64,000 bases of DNA, taken from positions 50,096,001-50,160,000 of the forward strand of contig NC_043006.1 in assembly GCF_006345805.1 (NCBI RefSeq), written 5' to 3'. This document shows positions 1-11,286 of the stretch, in pieces. The translations under genes were made by a program, and so were the position numbers. The notes below the pieces were generated by a model, which made no database searches, had not been told where the DNA came from, and saw only the letters and a list, made by a program, of their open reading frames with translations. Positions within the stretch are counted from its first letter, which is position 1, and each line of letters begins with the position of its first letter. Source of the DNA: Octopus sinensis (Eukaryota).

Positions 1-312
1 ATAGTCGAACTGAACCTGGAGGCTGTAGTAGAGAGGATTTTGGTAAGTCCATTACTATAGCCTCACTACAATCAAAGCCTTGTGAGTGGATTTGGTAGAC
101 TGAAGCTGTGTATTTGTGTGAGACATATATAGCGCCCGTACTGGTGCCACATTAGAAGTACCCAGCACACACTGTAATGGTTAGCATTAGGATAGGCATC
201 CAGCTGTAGAAACCAAACCAAATCAGAGTGGAACCTGGTACAGCTCTCCAGGTTGTCGGCTATGCTCAAACCGTCCAGCCAATGCTGGCATGGAAAATGA
301 ACATTAAAGAAT
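1..312 (+). mobile_element. SINE fragment: family-A head remnant joined to an RTE-like tail (...ggcatccagctgtagaaacc...atgctggcatggaaaatg)
   Basis: The head matches the caaagccttgtgagtggatttggtaga block of family A. The tail matches the reverse complement of about 4895-5050. Confidence 0.6.
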
Positions 313-2528
313 GATTTATATATATATATACATTCTCTGTTTCATTTTATTACTAACTTTAGTTTGTTGAGTACTACTGAACACTATTTCAAATCATTAT
401 GCCAGTTTTTACTGACTTCACTAGTTTCACTTTCTGGATCATAAAATGAAACATCAACTGTTTTTACTTTTTGCATATTCTCTATGGCTGTATGCATCTC
501 TTATGGTCAGTTACAGTGCAAAGTGGAATGGGTGCATTTTTATCATGACAGCACTATTTTGCCGTGTCCTTGACAAGGTATAAAGCATCTTCTCCATCCT
601 ATGTTGTCTCCTTTTGTTCACAAGCATTTAAAAGCTAACTCTTTCCTGGTGGGTAGAAGAGAGTGGTAAAAAAGGACCAGACTGAGGAGGAGCAGAGTGA
701 GAGAAACAAGAGGGTGATAGGAACAAGAATAGAAGAAAAGAAAGTGCTAGCTACATGATTGTTGGTTGGGAGATTCAGTCAAGACAGTATGAGCAATATA
801 TGATGAAAGAAGAGTGCTTAGAGAGAGGTAGAGTAACAAGTTAGTATTGGATGTGAGCAAGTTAAGGGACAGAGAGTTTGTGGTTGTTACAATAATAGGT
901 AATGTAGGGAGTAATGTGAGGTTGACGAATAGCAATGAAGATAGGTGATAAGAGTGGGAGTGATGAAATGTGTTGGAGGAGAGAGTAATGATAGAGAGAA
1001 AGAAGTGAGTAATGAAGAACTTGTGATAGTAACGTGGGGAATTGAATACAAACAAGACAAATCCTTGTGATGCTAACTGTCATAACAGGCAACATGCAGA
1101 GAGAAAGAATAATTGCTGCAGGTAGGGGAATGTAATGAGTGGAGTGAGAATAATGGAAAAAATGAGATAGTAATTAAGAGAGTACATAGAGACATAAAAT
1201 GAACATGATGCTTAAGAGAAATCCAAATATAGATATACATCCCAATTTCCATTACCATCAATATTTTACATGTGTTTTTCTATGCTTGCATAGGTTGGGC
1301 AAATCATCTCCAGAACAGTGTTTTGCCACAAGTCATGTTCTTTGTCTTTTAACAAGGTTCAACTTCTTGAGATAAATCTTTACCACTTTATCGATTGTCT
1401 TCCTTGGCTTCACTCTTCCAGGGTCCTCTCACTTTGAATTCTCAGCACTTCTTTACACCACTAGCATCTGCCATTTGCATCACATTCTACCATTGCCTTC
1501 TTTCCTGCATACTGCATCAAATTCCTCTTATATCTAGTTTTTCTCTCAGTTTTTTTTTGCTCCTTCATTCATGCTCACTAACAAGTGGAGTATGCTTGCT
1601 TCATTCTTCTCTTTCCAGCCTTTGCAAATTCTCTGTGTTCAAGGTTCACATCTTGCTGCCATGCAATATTGCATTATCTGAGAAAGGAACTCTTTGTTGT
1701 TAGAAGTAATATCTCCTTGAATTTTTCCATGGCATTCTTACTGTGGCATTACTGTATCTTGGTTTCAGAATAGGTATTCCATATCCCTGTCATAAGAGGT
1801 GGCTAAAAGGGCTGGTGACTGGGAATTTGTCCAACCAATTCTTCCATGTAGCAGTAGACATAAAATCATAATTATTATGTTCCTATTGTAATAGCTGAAA
1901 GGGTTTTAGGTGGAGATATGGCTGCTATTTCTAGCAGGTTGAATGACTGTATAGATGTTCCCTCATTTGCTCATGCTCTAGCTGATGTCAGTTATATAAA
2001 TTTTTATAGGCTCAGATTTTCTTTTGATGTCTCCTATATCCATTTGTAACCCCAACTCAGTTCTAATTGAACAAATCCATAGCAAGTTGACAGATATATA
2101 AGTGCAAAACAGATCTCTTGATGGTATAAGTATGCCATGCATCTGCTTAGTTGTGATCCATACAGCACACTCAAACACTCGGTTAATCATATGGAATGCA
2201 GTGGTGGACGTGTTACAATCTTTACAGTTTTATTTGTGCATGTTTGTAGATTCTAGTGGAAGCAGTCAGTAACAGTTTAATTTCTTTTGAATTTATGATT
2301 GATGGTATATATTATCCATGCTAATAAGCTTGAAACTGCTGCAGGTATTATTATGTCTGTTCTGTTTATGTTTTTTTTTTTTTTGGACTAAGTAAGAGGG
2401 ATAATATTTTTAGGATACCATTGAATATGTGTCTTAGGGGAGGAATTGCAAAACATACAGCAAACAAAAAGAAAACCCTCTTCATCACTCTCCATCTCAA
2501 CTTTTATAATATCTTTATCTGTTTTCAG

Positions 2529-2599
2529 TCCAATGAAAGGATAGTAAACCGTATTCAGCATGTGAAAAAACTCATAAAAAGATTCAAGAAAGAAAGACG
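2529..2599 (+). CDS. TFPT: First visible coding exon of a TFPT/INO80F-like gene with an HMG box (SNERIVNRIQHVKKLIKRFKKER; upstream exon(s) not found)
   Basis: Acceptor ttatctgttttcag|TCC and donor CG|gtgagt (phase 2). The peptide matches the recalled human TFPT coiled coil [24 protein letters not shown]. Confidence 0.85.
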
Positions 2600-2915
2600 G
2601 TGAGTTTCTGTATATTTCTGGGAAGAGTGTATTATTATTGGTTGTGGTAATAATAATTTTGATTAGAGAATCTTTGTCTCTAGTTTGTATTTTATACAGA
2701 GCTATGTTTTAACTTCATATCTAAAGTAACTCATTAATTCATATCTGCTGTGCAGTGGGATTGAACCTGGAGCCATGCAGTTATGAAGTTTTACTTAACT
2801 ATACATCCATGACCAGTGCTTATTTCTTAATTACTTACTCTGTAGCTTTTCATTAAAGATTTCATCTCTTTCCAGTCTTTATTTAATTAATACTTTACAT
2901 TTATATATGTTTTAG

Positions 2916-2985
2916 GTTTTTATCCAATAAACTAGACGAACATGGTGATAACTACAGAGAGGCATCTGTTCCTGTTATGTGGGAG
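2916..2985 (+). CDS. TFPT: Exon 2 of the TFPT-like gene (R-FLSNKLDEHGDNYREASVPVMWE)
   Basis: Acceptor tatatgttttag|G completes the CG+G Arg codon; donor GAG|gtatgt. It continues the recalled TFPT motif RFLMRVLDSYGDDYR. The exon is too short for the ORF track and was found by hand. Confidence 0.88.
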
Positions 2986-4093
2986 GTATGTTTCTATGAT
3001 GTGGTTGTATTCATTCATTTTTTGTTCTGTAAAAGCAGGACTTGGTCTTCTAGCGCTTGTAACAACTGAATCAAAGCATAAAACTTCCACTTTCTTTCTA
3101 ATCTATTGAGTTGTGTAGCCCCTGGTCAGCCTTGATTGAGCAAGCCTCATCAAAAGCATTGAAACTGTGACCAACTTTTGCTATATTTAAACACAATGTA
3201 TGTGTATTTGAGTGTGCTTATGCTTGTCACCCTATCTTGACATTGCATATAAATGTTATTCATTTCCAATATACTGCAAAAAACATGTCTGGACATGGGA
3301 AAATATTACTTTGCTAGGAAACAGGTAAGGATTGGCAACAGGAAGGCTGTCAGAAATCTGCCTCAAATCTGTTGACCTAATGAGGCATGGAAAAGTGATT
3401 AAAACAATGATGATGATGATGATATGCTTGTACAGTTGTCTGTATTGTGTATATTTGTATTTATGAGTATACATGTGCAGGTGTGTGCATGTTTGTGTGT
3501 ATGAGTTTGTACAGTGTTCCCCTGTTGTTACCTTCTTTTCTTCAATATCTGCTGGTGTTCTATTTATTTTTTCCGCCTCTTTTTGATGGTTCTCCTAAAC
3601 CTCTGCTTTCCATCAAAACTTGTTCCCTCTCCACCCCTCTTCCGTTATTCCTCACTGTTGTAATAATTTTCTTCTCTCTCACTTATTCCACTTTATTTAT
3701 CCTAACAAACCAGTAAACACTTTGCACTTTCTGGTGAAGAATTCTCTCCAAAACATTAACCTTTTGTTCTTCTTCATGGCATAACATTTATTCCACTGTT
3801 TGGACAATTGGTGTGACCATTTACTGAAACAGACCATCATTAGTCTCCTAGGATTGTACTGTTTCATTATAGTGTAACTAAACTTTCATTATCTAATGGG
3901 CATTTCCATTTTGTTGTTGTTTTTTTTTTAATATAAAGTGGTTGGCATCAAGAAGGGCATCCAGTCATAGAAACATACCAAAGGAGATACTGGAATATGA
4001 CAGAGTACTCTGGCTTTTTAGATCTTGCTGAATTGCCCAACCCATGCTAGCATAGATGATAGACATTAAATAATGACAGTAATATATATATAT

Positions 4094-4480
4094 GTAGGTG
4101 TAGGAGTGGCTGTGTGGTAAGTAGCTTGCTTACGAACCACATGGTTCCGGGTTCAGTCCCACTGCGTGGCACCTTGGGCAAGTGTCTTCTACTATAGCCT
4201 CGGGCTGACCAAAGCCTTGTGAGTGGATTTGGTAGATGGAAGCTGAAAGAAGCCTGTCGTATATATGTAGATATATATGTATGTGTGTGTGTCGGTGTTT
4301 GTCCCTAACATCGCCTGACAACCGATGCTGGTGTGTTTACATCCCTGTAACTTAGCGGTTCGGCAAAAGAGACCAATAGAATAAGGACTATGCTTACAAA
4401 GAATAAGTCCTGAGGTCGATTTGCTTGACTAAAGGCAGTGCTCCAGCATGGCCACAGTCACATGACTGAAACAAGTAAAA

Positions 4481-4482
<2 letters not shown>
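4094..4482 (+). mobile_element. tRNA-derived SINE, family A (internal AT/GT microsatellite)
   Basis: Head ggagtggctgtgtggtaag...ggttcagtccc and end gactgaaacaagtaaaaga. More than 10 related copies occur in the window. Confidence 0.85.
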
Positions 4483-4519
<37 letters not shown>

Positions 4520-4549
4520 CTCCATACTTTGAAATGACTAAACATGAAC

Positions 4550-4880
4550 TACTGTTGGAACTTACATACCATGTACAGGAAACTTTTACCTCTTTCATAC
4601 ACCACTTTTCTTAAATAATGGAACTGCAACTACAATATCTTTATATATTTTATATTTTTATTTCTATTTTCATTCTCTTATTTCCTTCTATATTCCCTAT
4701 CTCCTCCTTTTCCATAATAATTCCTTATTTCAAACTCAAATATTAACCTCTATTTAACCATCTCACATTGTCTCTGATGAAGGGATATCCATAATATCCC
4801 AGAAACAGCTGTAAGACTATATTTTTTTTACTTATAAATGTCCTGAAAACTCCTCAAAACCTTGGCTTTGTTATCTCATT
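4550..4880 (+). mobile_element. Penelope-like terminal-repeat fragment carrying a hammerhead motif
   Basis: Contains gtct-CTGATGA-a-gggatat/atatccc-a-GAAA-cagctg-TA-agac. The element boundaries are approximate. Confidence 0.5.
4770..4817 (+). ncRNA. Minimal type-I hammerhead ribozyme motif
   Basis: CUGAUGA core, 7-bp stem II, GAAA, palindromic stem III (A-CAGCUG-U), UA cleavage site and 4-bp stem I. Confidence 0.6.
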
Positions 4881-4890
4881 TTGTCTGATA

Positions 4891-5350
4891 TCATCATCAT
4901 CATTCATTTAGCGTCCGTTTTCCATGCTAGCATGGGTTGGACGGTTCAACTGGGGTCTGGGGAGCCCGAAGGCTGCACCAGGCCAGTCAGATCTGGCAGT
5001 GTTTCTACAGCTGGATGCCCTTCCTAACGCCAACCACTCCGAGAGTGTAGTGGGTGATTTTATGTGCCACCGACACAGGTGCCAGACGAGGCTGGCGAAC
5101 GGCCACGCTCGGATGGTGTTTTTTATGTGCCACCGACACAGGTGCCAGACGAGGCTGGCAGACGGCCACGCTCGGATGGTGTTTTTATGTGCCACCGACA
5201 CAGGTGCCAGATGAGGCTGGCGAACGGCCACGATCGGATGGTGTTTGTTACGTGCCCGCAGCACGGAGGCCAGTCGATTCGGTACTGGCTACGGCCACGT
5301 TCGGATGGTTTTCTTGTGTGCCACCGGCACTGGTACCACAAAGAAACAAA
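4891..5350 (-). mobile_element. Retroposon with an RTE-like (ATG)n tail and an internal 62-63 bp tandem repeat
   Basis: The catcatcat tail lies at the left end. Repeat units start at 5061, 5124 and 5186, followed by degenerate units. Confidence 0.65.
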
Positions 5351-5637
5351 TTCCATTGATGTTCATCTATTTTGATTTGTTTTATGTATATATATATATA
5401 TATAATCAATAATAATAAGGGAGTTTCTTCTTATAGTAGAAGAAATAGCTAAGTTCTTTGGTTGCTATTTCTAAAGTTTGGTATGTGGCAAAGCAAATTT
5501 TGCTGAACCCTGATTATAATTATACTCATAATTATAAAAATATTGTTTATATATATATATCATCATCATCTTTCTGCACCTTTTTTTCCCCACTGTTGTT
5601 GTGGCATTGTTTCTCTTATCTTATTCCTCCATTACAG

Positions 5638-5922
5638 GAAGACCAGATATACCTCAATGCTAACCAAACAAAGGTAAAGAGTCCACCGGAATCATGTGAA
5701 GAAGAGCCTCCTTCCAGAGTTGCTAAAGGGTCGTTGGGTTTCAGTAGTCTACTAGAAACGACGGGCAAAGGTCCACTGCCCTCAGCACTTGCTAAAGTGC
5801 GTAAAATGAAGGCTGACAAGAAAGATGGTGTTGCTGACAGCAGCAAGAAGCACCCATCGAAAAATGCATTTCTGACATTCTATGAGCATCATAAAAATAT
5901 TGTTCAGGATGAGTATTTCCAG
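5638..5922 (+). CDS. TFPT: Exon 3 of the TFPT-like gene (95 aa linker plus HMG helix 1, ...KKHPSKNAFLTFYEHHKNIVQDEYFQ)
   Basis: Acceptor ttattcctccattacag|GAA and donor CAG|gtttgt, phase 0 at both ends, inside ORF 5458..6021. Basic patch followed by an NAF-x-x-F HMG-box start. Confidence 0.85.
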
Positions 5923-6329
5923 GTTTGTATATCTTTTTATAGTTTTGTTCTTTCTTTTCTCTCTTTCAGTCAAATAAGGAGATTTCTTAGGACTGGGAAA
6001 CTTTTCGGACTTACATCTTGAATTAACCTTTTAGCATTGAAACCAGCCATATCTAACCTAAATATTCTACCAATTTTATGTTCAAGCCAGCCAGATGCAA
6101 CCTCTCACTCCTACCCTACAATGTCCTAGAAATAAGCAATCACATCTTGAAAATCTCAAAGCTACAATATGATGAATGATTAATTCAAAACAATGAGAAT
6201 AAATAAGCATTACATTTGACAGAATAATCTGACTGTTATAAGCAATATTTGTTTTTTTATGACATCTCTGTTTTAATCACATCAAGCAAGGTAGCTGGGC
6301 ATTATCCCTTCCCTTTCAAGTGACACAGT

Positions 6330-6653
6330 TTGCTGAGACCTCCTTCAGTCATGACTGACTGTGGGATTGCACCTAGAAAGTTACCCTCCCAGGCACAAGT
6401 CCAGGCAAGGTTGTTTATGGAAGACCAGCAGTCGCCCATGCATACTGGCCTCCCCTCTCCACGCCACCAGTGTTATCCAAGAGTAAGGAAACAGCAGATA
6501 CAGCTTGGCACCTGTGACATCGCAACTCATTTCTGGAGCAACGTGAAATAAAGTGTCTTGCTCAAGAACACAACACGCAGCCTGTTCGGGATTCAAACAC
6601 CCAACCTCACGATCATAAGCTCGACGTTCTAACCACTGAGCCATGCGCCTTCA
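6330..6653 (-). mobile_element. tRNA-derived SINE with a Meta/V-SINE-like core
   Basis: The minus strand reads gaaggcgcatggctcagtggttaga...ttcttgagcaagacacttt. A 13-bp TSD-like repeat caagtga(c/t)acagt lies at 6317 and 6654. A second copy is at 59944-60278. Confidence 0.8.
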
Positions 6654-7671
6654 CAAGTGATACAGTAATGTATCTTAATACTGCAAATAAATAAAAGGTC
6701 TGTCAATTTTACATTTTGTGACTCAGAATTCCAAGAGTCTTGGTCTATCTTCATTCCTCATATCATATCTACAGCCTCCCTGTATATTAGAGTAGACATG
6801 CTGTTTTCTGCATCTGAAAGAAAGAGCTGATGCTATTGTTTGCTGATAGATGAGAGGCTTTCACAAATGGCCAGCCAGATATTCTTGCCTGACTGACCCA
6901 CTGGTGTTTTGCAGTACTACCAAGATATGTGTTAGTCCTGTATACACTTTTCAGATTTATCTTTACACTTGTGGCTCATAATTTTGATATGATTTACTGG
7001 CTGGATACTCTTCCTGTGGTTGGGTTTATTTGCTTTGTCCTGAATTCCAAGAAATGGACTGGGAATGAGGAAGTTCACTTGTAGGTTGTTGTAATTGAAA
7101 TAATGGTGGCTGGTGGAGTGGAGATGGCGGAATGATAACAAGCTCACTATTGACAGGATGCACTTGTCAAGCAAAGTTCCACCTGTATACCTTGGAAGGA
7201 AGAACAAGATATTAACCCTTTAGTGTTCAGATTATTCTATCAAACATAATGCTTATTGATACACATTGATTTGAATTAATCATGCATTATCTCATATCTC
7301 CAAGATGTTGATGGTGTAATTACTTAATGTAGAATAACATTGTAGGGTAGGTGTGAGAGCCTGGATCTGGTCAGTTGGAGTATAAAACAGATTAAATATT
7401 TTGGCCGGATATGGCCAGTTTAAATACTAAAGGGTTAAGATATGAGTGACACACACACAATTATATTTTGTAAGATGTTCTTTCTTTTTGTGATAAAATA
7501 GTTATTTAATATTTTAATAAGATTTGGTTGTAATTTATTATCAGTTGATCATGTAGAGGCTTTCTCTTTGACTCATGCAGTGAGGATAATAGTGCAAGTA
7601 GTGGTGGTCTATTAATTTAACTTCTGAATCCATTTAAGATATATTTGAGTTTCTTACAGTAAAAATAGGGT

Positions 7672-7990
7672 TTTATTATTATTGTTATTATGTTTGACTT
7701 TTGCATTGTATTTGTACAAGTTGACTCCAAGTCTCACTCAGGGACCTCAAGAGAAAACAGGTTTGAAGTTCAAGTTGGTGTTATGCCTGGGGTGTCATAT
7801 ATTTGGTTTTGCACATAGTATTGTTCTAGAGAATGTCTAAGAAAACAAGAAAATAATAAGTTTGTTTTAAAATTTGAGATTACATAGACAAAATTTCATG
7901 TAGGATATGAGCGGTTCCCGTGTGCACTATCTTTTGAATTTCTGTCCTTTTGGGGTTTCTTGGTATCTGAGCTAGGTAGGAATCAGCCCC
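7672..7990 (-). mobile_element. 5'-truncated R4/Dong-like (RLE) non-LTR retrotransposon 3' end, antisense in intron 3
   Basis: Encodes GADSYLAQIPRNPKRTEIQKIVHTGTAHILHEILSM*. Its 3' UTR matches that of the 50357-51100 copy, and it has an AAT tail. Confidence 0.8.
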
Positions 7991-7995
7991 ATTTA

Positions 7996-8335
7996 TTATT
8001 ACCTCCACCATAGCGAAGGTAGAGGTATTGCTTTCAATCGTTCTTGTTTGTTTGTCCATGGACAAGATAGCTCAAGAACTGCTGGATGGATTCAGATGAA
8101 ACTTTCAGGGTTGTTTGGTCTCATGACTAGCACAAACTGATTAGATTTTGGGATCAATCTGATAATGAACAAGGATTCTGGATTATTTTACCTGTTTTTT
8201 TAACTTTTGAGAGTGGTCATTTGTGAAAGCAGTCGAGTTTATTTCAGATATTCTCATTTTAAAAATCCTCTCTGGCTAATCGTTGAGAGGATGTTGGTGT
8301 TGCCTTTGCAGAGGCTTGCGCTCTCTGAGGGCTAT
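7996..8335 (+). mobile_element. Non-autonomous Helentron-like (HINE/DINE-type) element
   Basis: Starts ttattacctccacca, then a gttt microsatellite and atgaaacttt, and ends gcagaggcttgcgctctctgag. This is the recalled HINE terminal layout. Confidence 0.55.
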
Positions 8336-8357
8336 TATTATTATTATTATTATTATA

Positions 8358-8519
8358 GCGTAGGAGTGGCTGTGGGGTAAATGGCTTGCTTACGAACCAC
8401 ATGGTTCCGGGTTCAGTCCCACTGCATGGCACCTTAGGCAAGTGTCTTCTACTATAACTTCAGGCCGACCAAAGCTTTGTGAGTGGATTTGGTAGATGGA
8501 AACTGAAAGAAGTCCGTCG

Positions 8520-8556
<37 letters not shown>

Positions 8557-8765
8557 ATATGTTTGTGTGTCTGTTTTTGTCCCCCCCAACATGGCTTGAC
8601 AGCCGATGCTGGTGTGTTTACGTCACTGTAACTTAGCAGTTCGGCAAAAGAGACCAATAGAATAAGTACTAGGCTTACAAAAAATAAGTCCTCGGGTCGA
8701 TTTACTCGACTAAAAGGTGGTGCTCCAGCATAGCCTCAGTCAAATGACTGAAACAAGTAAAAGAG
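8358..8765 (+). mobile_element. SINE family A
   Basis: Full head, internal microsatellite and tail, with several CpG-to-TpG/CpA changes. Confidence 0.85.
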
Positions 8766-8933
8766 TATATGAGGATGACATTGTGAGAGCCAGAACAAAT
8801 GCTACAAGGCAAATCTAACACTCAAACTATTCTGCCAACAATAATGAGCAATAATAATAATCTTAATGATTTTTTTTTTTTTAAAGATCATATTCTGATT
8901 GAATTTAACCAAATTGCTTTTATATTCTTACAG

Positions 8934-9017
8934 AGAACTGGTGAAGAAATTCCACATCATGTACTAATTGCAAAAGTTACAGATAACTGGCATAATCTGA
9001 CGCCAGAGAAGAAACAG
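8934..9017 (+). CDS. TFPT: Exon 4 of the TFPT-like gene (HMG helix 2, RTGEEIPHHVLIAKVTDNWHNLTPEKKQ)
   Basis: Acceptor ttttatattcttacag|AGA and donor CAG|gtaaat; 84 nt, phase 0. W-x-x-L-x-x-E-x-K HMG signature. Confidence 0.85.
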
Positions 9018-10336
9018 GTAAATTTCTAATTTGATTTTATTTATATTTCTTGTACTAGATTATCTCATTGGTCTTGCAGCCATGTTGGGTCAATTCATTC
9101 CAGGGTGTTTAGTTGATTAAATATCAATCTTAATACTTTGGTACAATTTCAAGCTTCTCATAAAGGGACATAATTCAGATGGAACTAAATGTGCATTTTT
9201 TTTTTTTCACATCAATGTTGATATGTAAACACTCGAAAAGATTTTGCAGGTTCTCTCTGCCAAATTCCATCAACCAGTTTCTATAATTCTCTAGGAATTC
9301 GTTGACCAATATTATGAGTAGTTAACTTTTGCCGAAGACTGTGCACTTTGGAATCAAACCTGGAATCAATGATGCAAATTGAATGTCTTAAAACCGCACA
9401 GTTACACCAGCAACCGTTTATATTTTCAAATTATCTCCCCTGTGTTTTACTTGTTTCATCAATAAATTTTTAAAAACTACTAAGTATAATACTATTTGAC
9501 TAAAATACAATACAGTGGGTGTGTGAAGTACTCTATATTTTGTACGTGAAGTACTTTATTCATAGGTGATTTAGTATACGTTGTATGTATGAAATATTCT
9601 TTCATTTTACTCGTTTCAGTCATTGGACTCCAACCATGCCTGCAATATTTTTTAAAAACCTGATAGTAGTCTATCGTTCTCTTTTTACATAACTGTTGTG
9701 GTGAACAATTCTCAGTCACTGTGGGGGTGAACACAAAGATGCCAAGCCCCATATGTATGATGTGTGTGTGCATACACACACACTCCCACGTAGAACAGGG
9801 TTTCACGCTGTTTCTGTCAACTAGAGGCACTCACAAGGCATCTGTTGATTTTGAGCTGTAGTAGAAAATACTTGCTCAAGGTGTTGTGCAGTGGGACTGA
9901 ACCAGAAATTATGTGGTTGTAAAGTGATATTCTTACTGACAGCCTGTTGAGTGAATACATTTTTCAGTATGAGGTTTGTACTAAAGTTTGACTATAAAGT
10001 GTTGCGAATGCATTATGGTACTAGTTTCAAACGTTAGTATGTTGTTTCTGAACTGCAAGTAAAGCTATGACTGAGTAAAACTATGCTCAAAGGCATTCTC
10101 GTCTTTTTAGTGCTACCTAGGAATGGCTGTGATTTGAGAGATATTTAGCTGCTATTTCTAGCAGATTAAGCAACCATGTAGTGCTTTCCTTGTTGCCAGA
10201 GTGGCATAGTAGAAGCATTGGGCAGGTACATAACTTTGCATTTGTCTTACTAATGTTTTCACTCATGCTTTACTTTTACAAATATACTTCATGTGTGTGC
10301 ATGTTGATATCCTAAAACCAAAGAACCATGTAAGAA

Positions 10337-10648
10337 GCACTGGTGCCATGTTAAAGCACTGGTGCTGGTGTCACATAAGGGGCACTGGAGCTGGTCCCAC
10401 ATAAGGAGCACTGGTGCTGATGCCAGATAAGGAGCACTGGTGATGGTCCCACTTAAGGGCTTAAGAGGCACTGGTGCTGGTATCACATAAGGAGTGCTGG
10501 TATCACATAAGGAATACTGGTGCTGGTCCCACATAAGGAGCACTGGTGCTGGTCCCACATAAGGAGCACTAGTGCTGGTCCCACTTAAGGGCTTAAGGGG
10601 CACTGGTGCTGGTCCCACATAAGGAGCACTGGTGCTGGTATCACATGA
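10337..10648. repeat. 26-bp minisatellite (CACTGGTGCTGGTCCCACATAAGGAG), about 11 units, two with a cttaagggcttaag insert
   Basis: Direct head-to-tail units without unique spacers. Confidence 0.9.
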
Positions 10649-10979
10649 GCAAATATTTAGTACGAGCAAAACGCCCCCCCCCCCGTCCAATCGATGGTGC
10701 TGAGTTGTCAAACATTTAAGCCAAATTTTCTCAAAACAACTTGTCTGACCGTCCCATAGGCCTCCCTTTTGAGAAACACTGACTTAACCTAAATTTGAGA
10801 CACCAGCAAATGAAGAAATAAAGATAGACTTTTTTTCTATTCCAAAGAAAAACGATTTTATTCACACAAATATGCAACCGAAGAGTTTAAAGTGGAAGGT
10901 GCAGTTATGTACAGGTTGACGGAAGAAAAGCAGGACAAAAACGGCTTTATCGTTCGCATTCTCACCTGGAATCGATTTT

Positions 10980-11124
10980 CGTAATTTTTTCAAGACTTAT
11001 ACATGCCCTGATACCGTCGGTATCTACACATCAAATTTGAGCACAATCGGATGGAGGATGCCTGAGATCCTAGAAGACACACACACACACACACACACAC
11101 AGACAATGGATTTTATATAATAGA
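10980..11124 (-). mobile_element. Helitron-type 5' terminus fragment
   Basis: The minus strand begins A^TCTATTATATAAAATCC followed by a (tg)n tract, like the other Helitron 5' ends here. No 3' end was found. Confidence 0.45.
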
Positions 11125-11286
11125 TGAGACCTGGAATAACTGAAACGGTGATGAGGGTTAGAGAAAGATCCATACAGTTTTGAATTTTTGTATATATTGG
11201 TATTTCTCTTTTGTGAAAGTTTTGTGGTTCTTGGACTTTGTTTATTGAAATGACAATCTTTTATGCCTTTTATTAAAAAAAAACAG

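Noticed and set aside
640-1770. Purine- and pyrimidine-skewed ORFs (747..1055, 1395..1703)
   Set aside because: Strand-skewed low-complexity sequence, probably very old LINE remnants, with no diagnostic motif.
2318-2344. Possible start exon ATG...CAG|gtatta (MLISLKLLQ), in phase with the 2529 exon
   Set aside because: It is phase-compatible but does not resemble the expected TFPT segment upstream of NER (KY..L...C..I.Q). The true first exon probably lies before the window.
10337-10648. CRISPR-like array
   Set aside because: The units are head-to-tail with no unique spacers, there are no cas genes, and the context is a eukaryotic intron.
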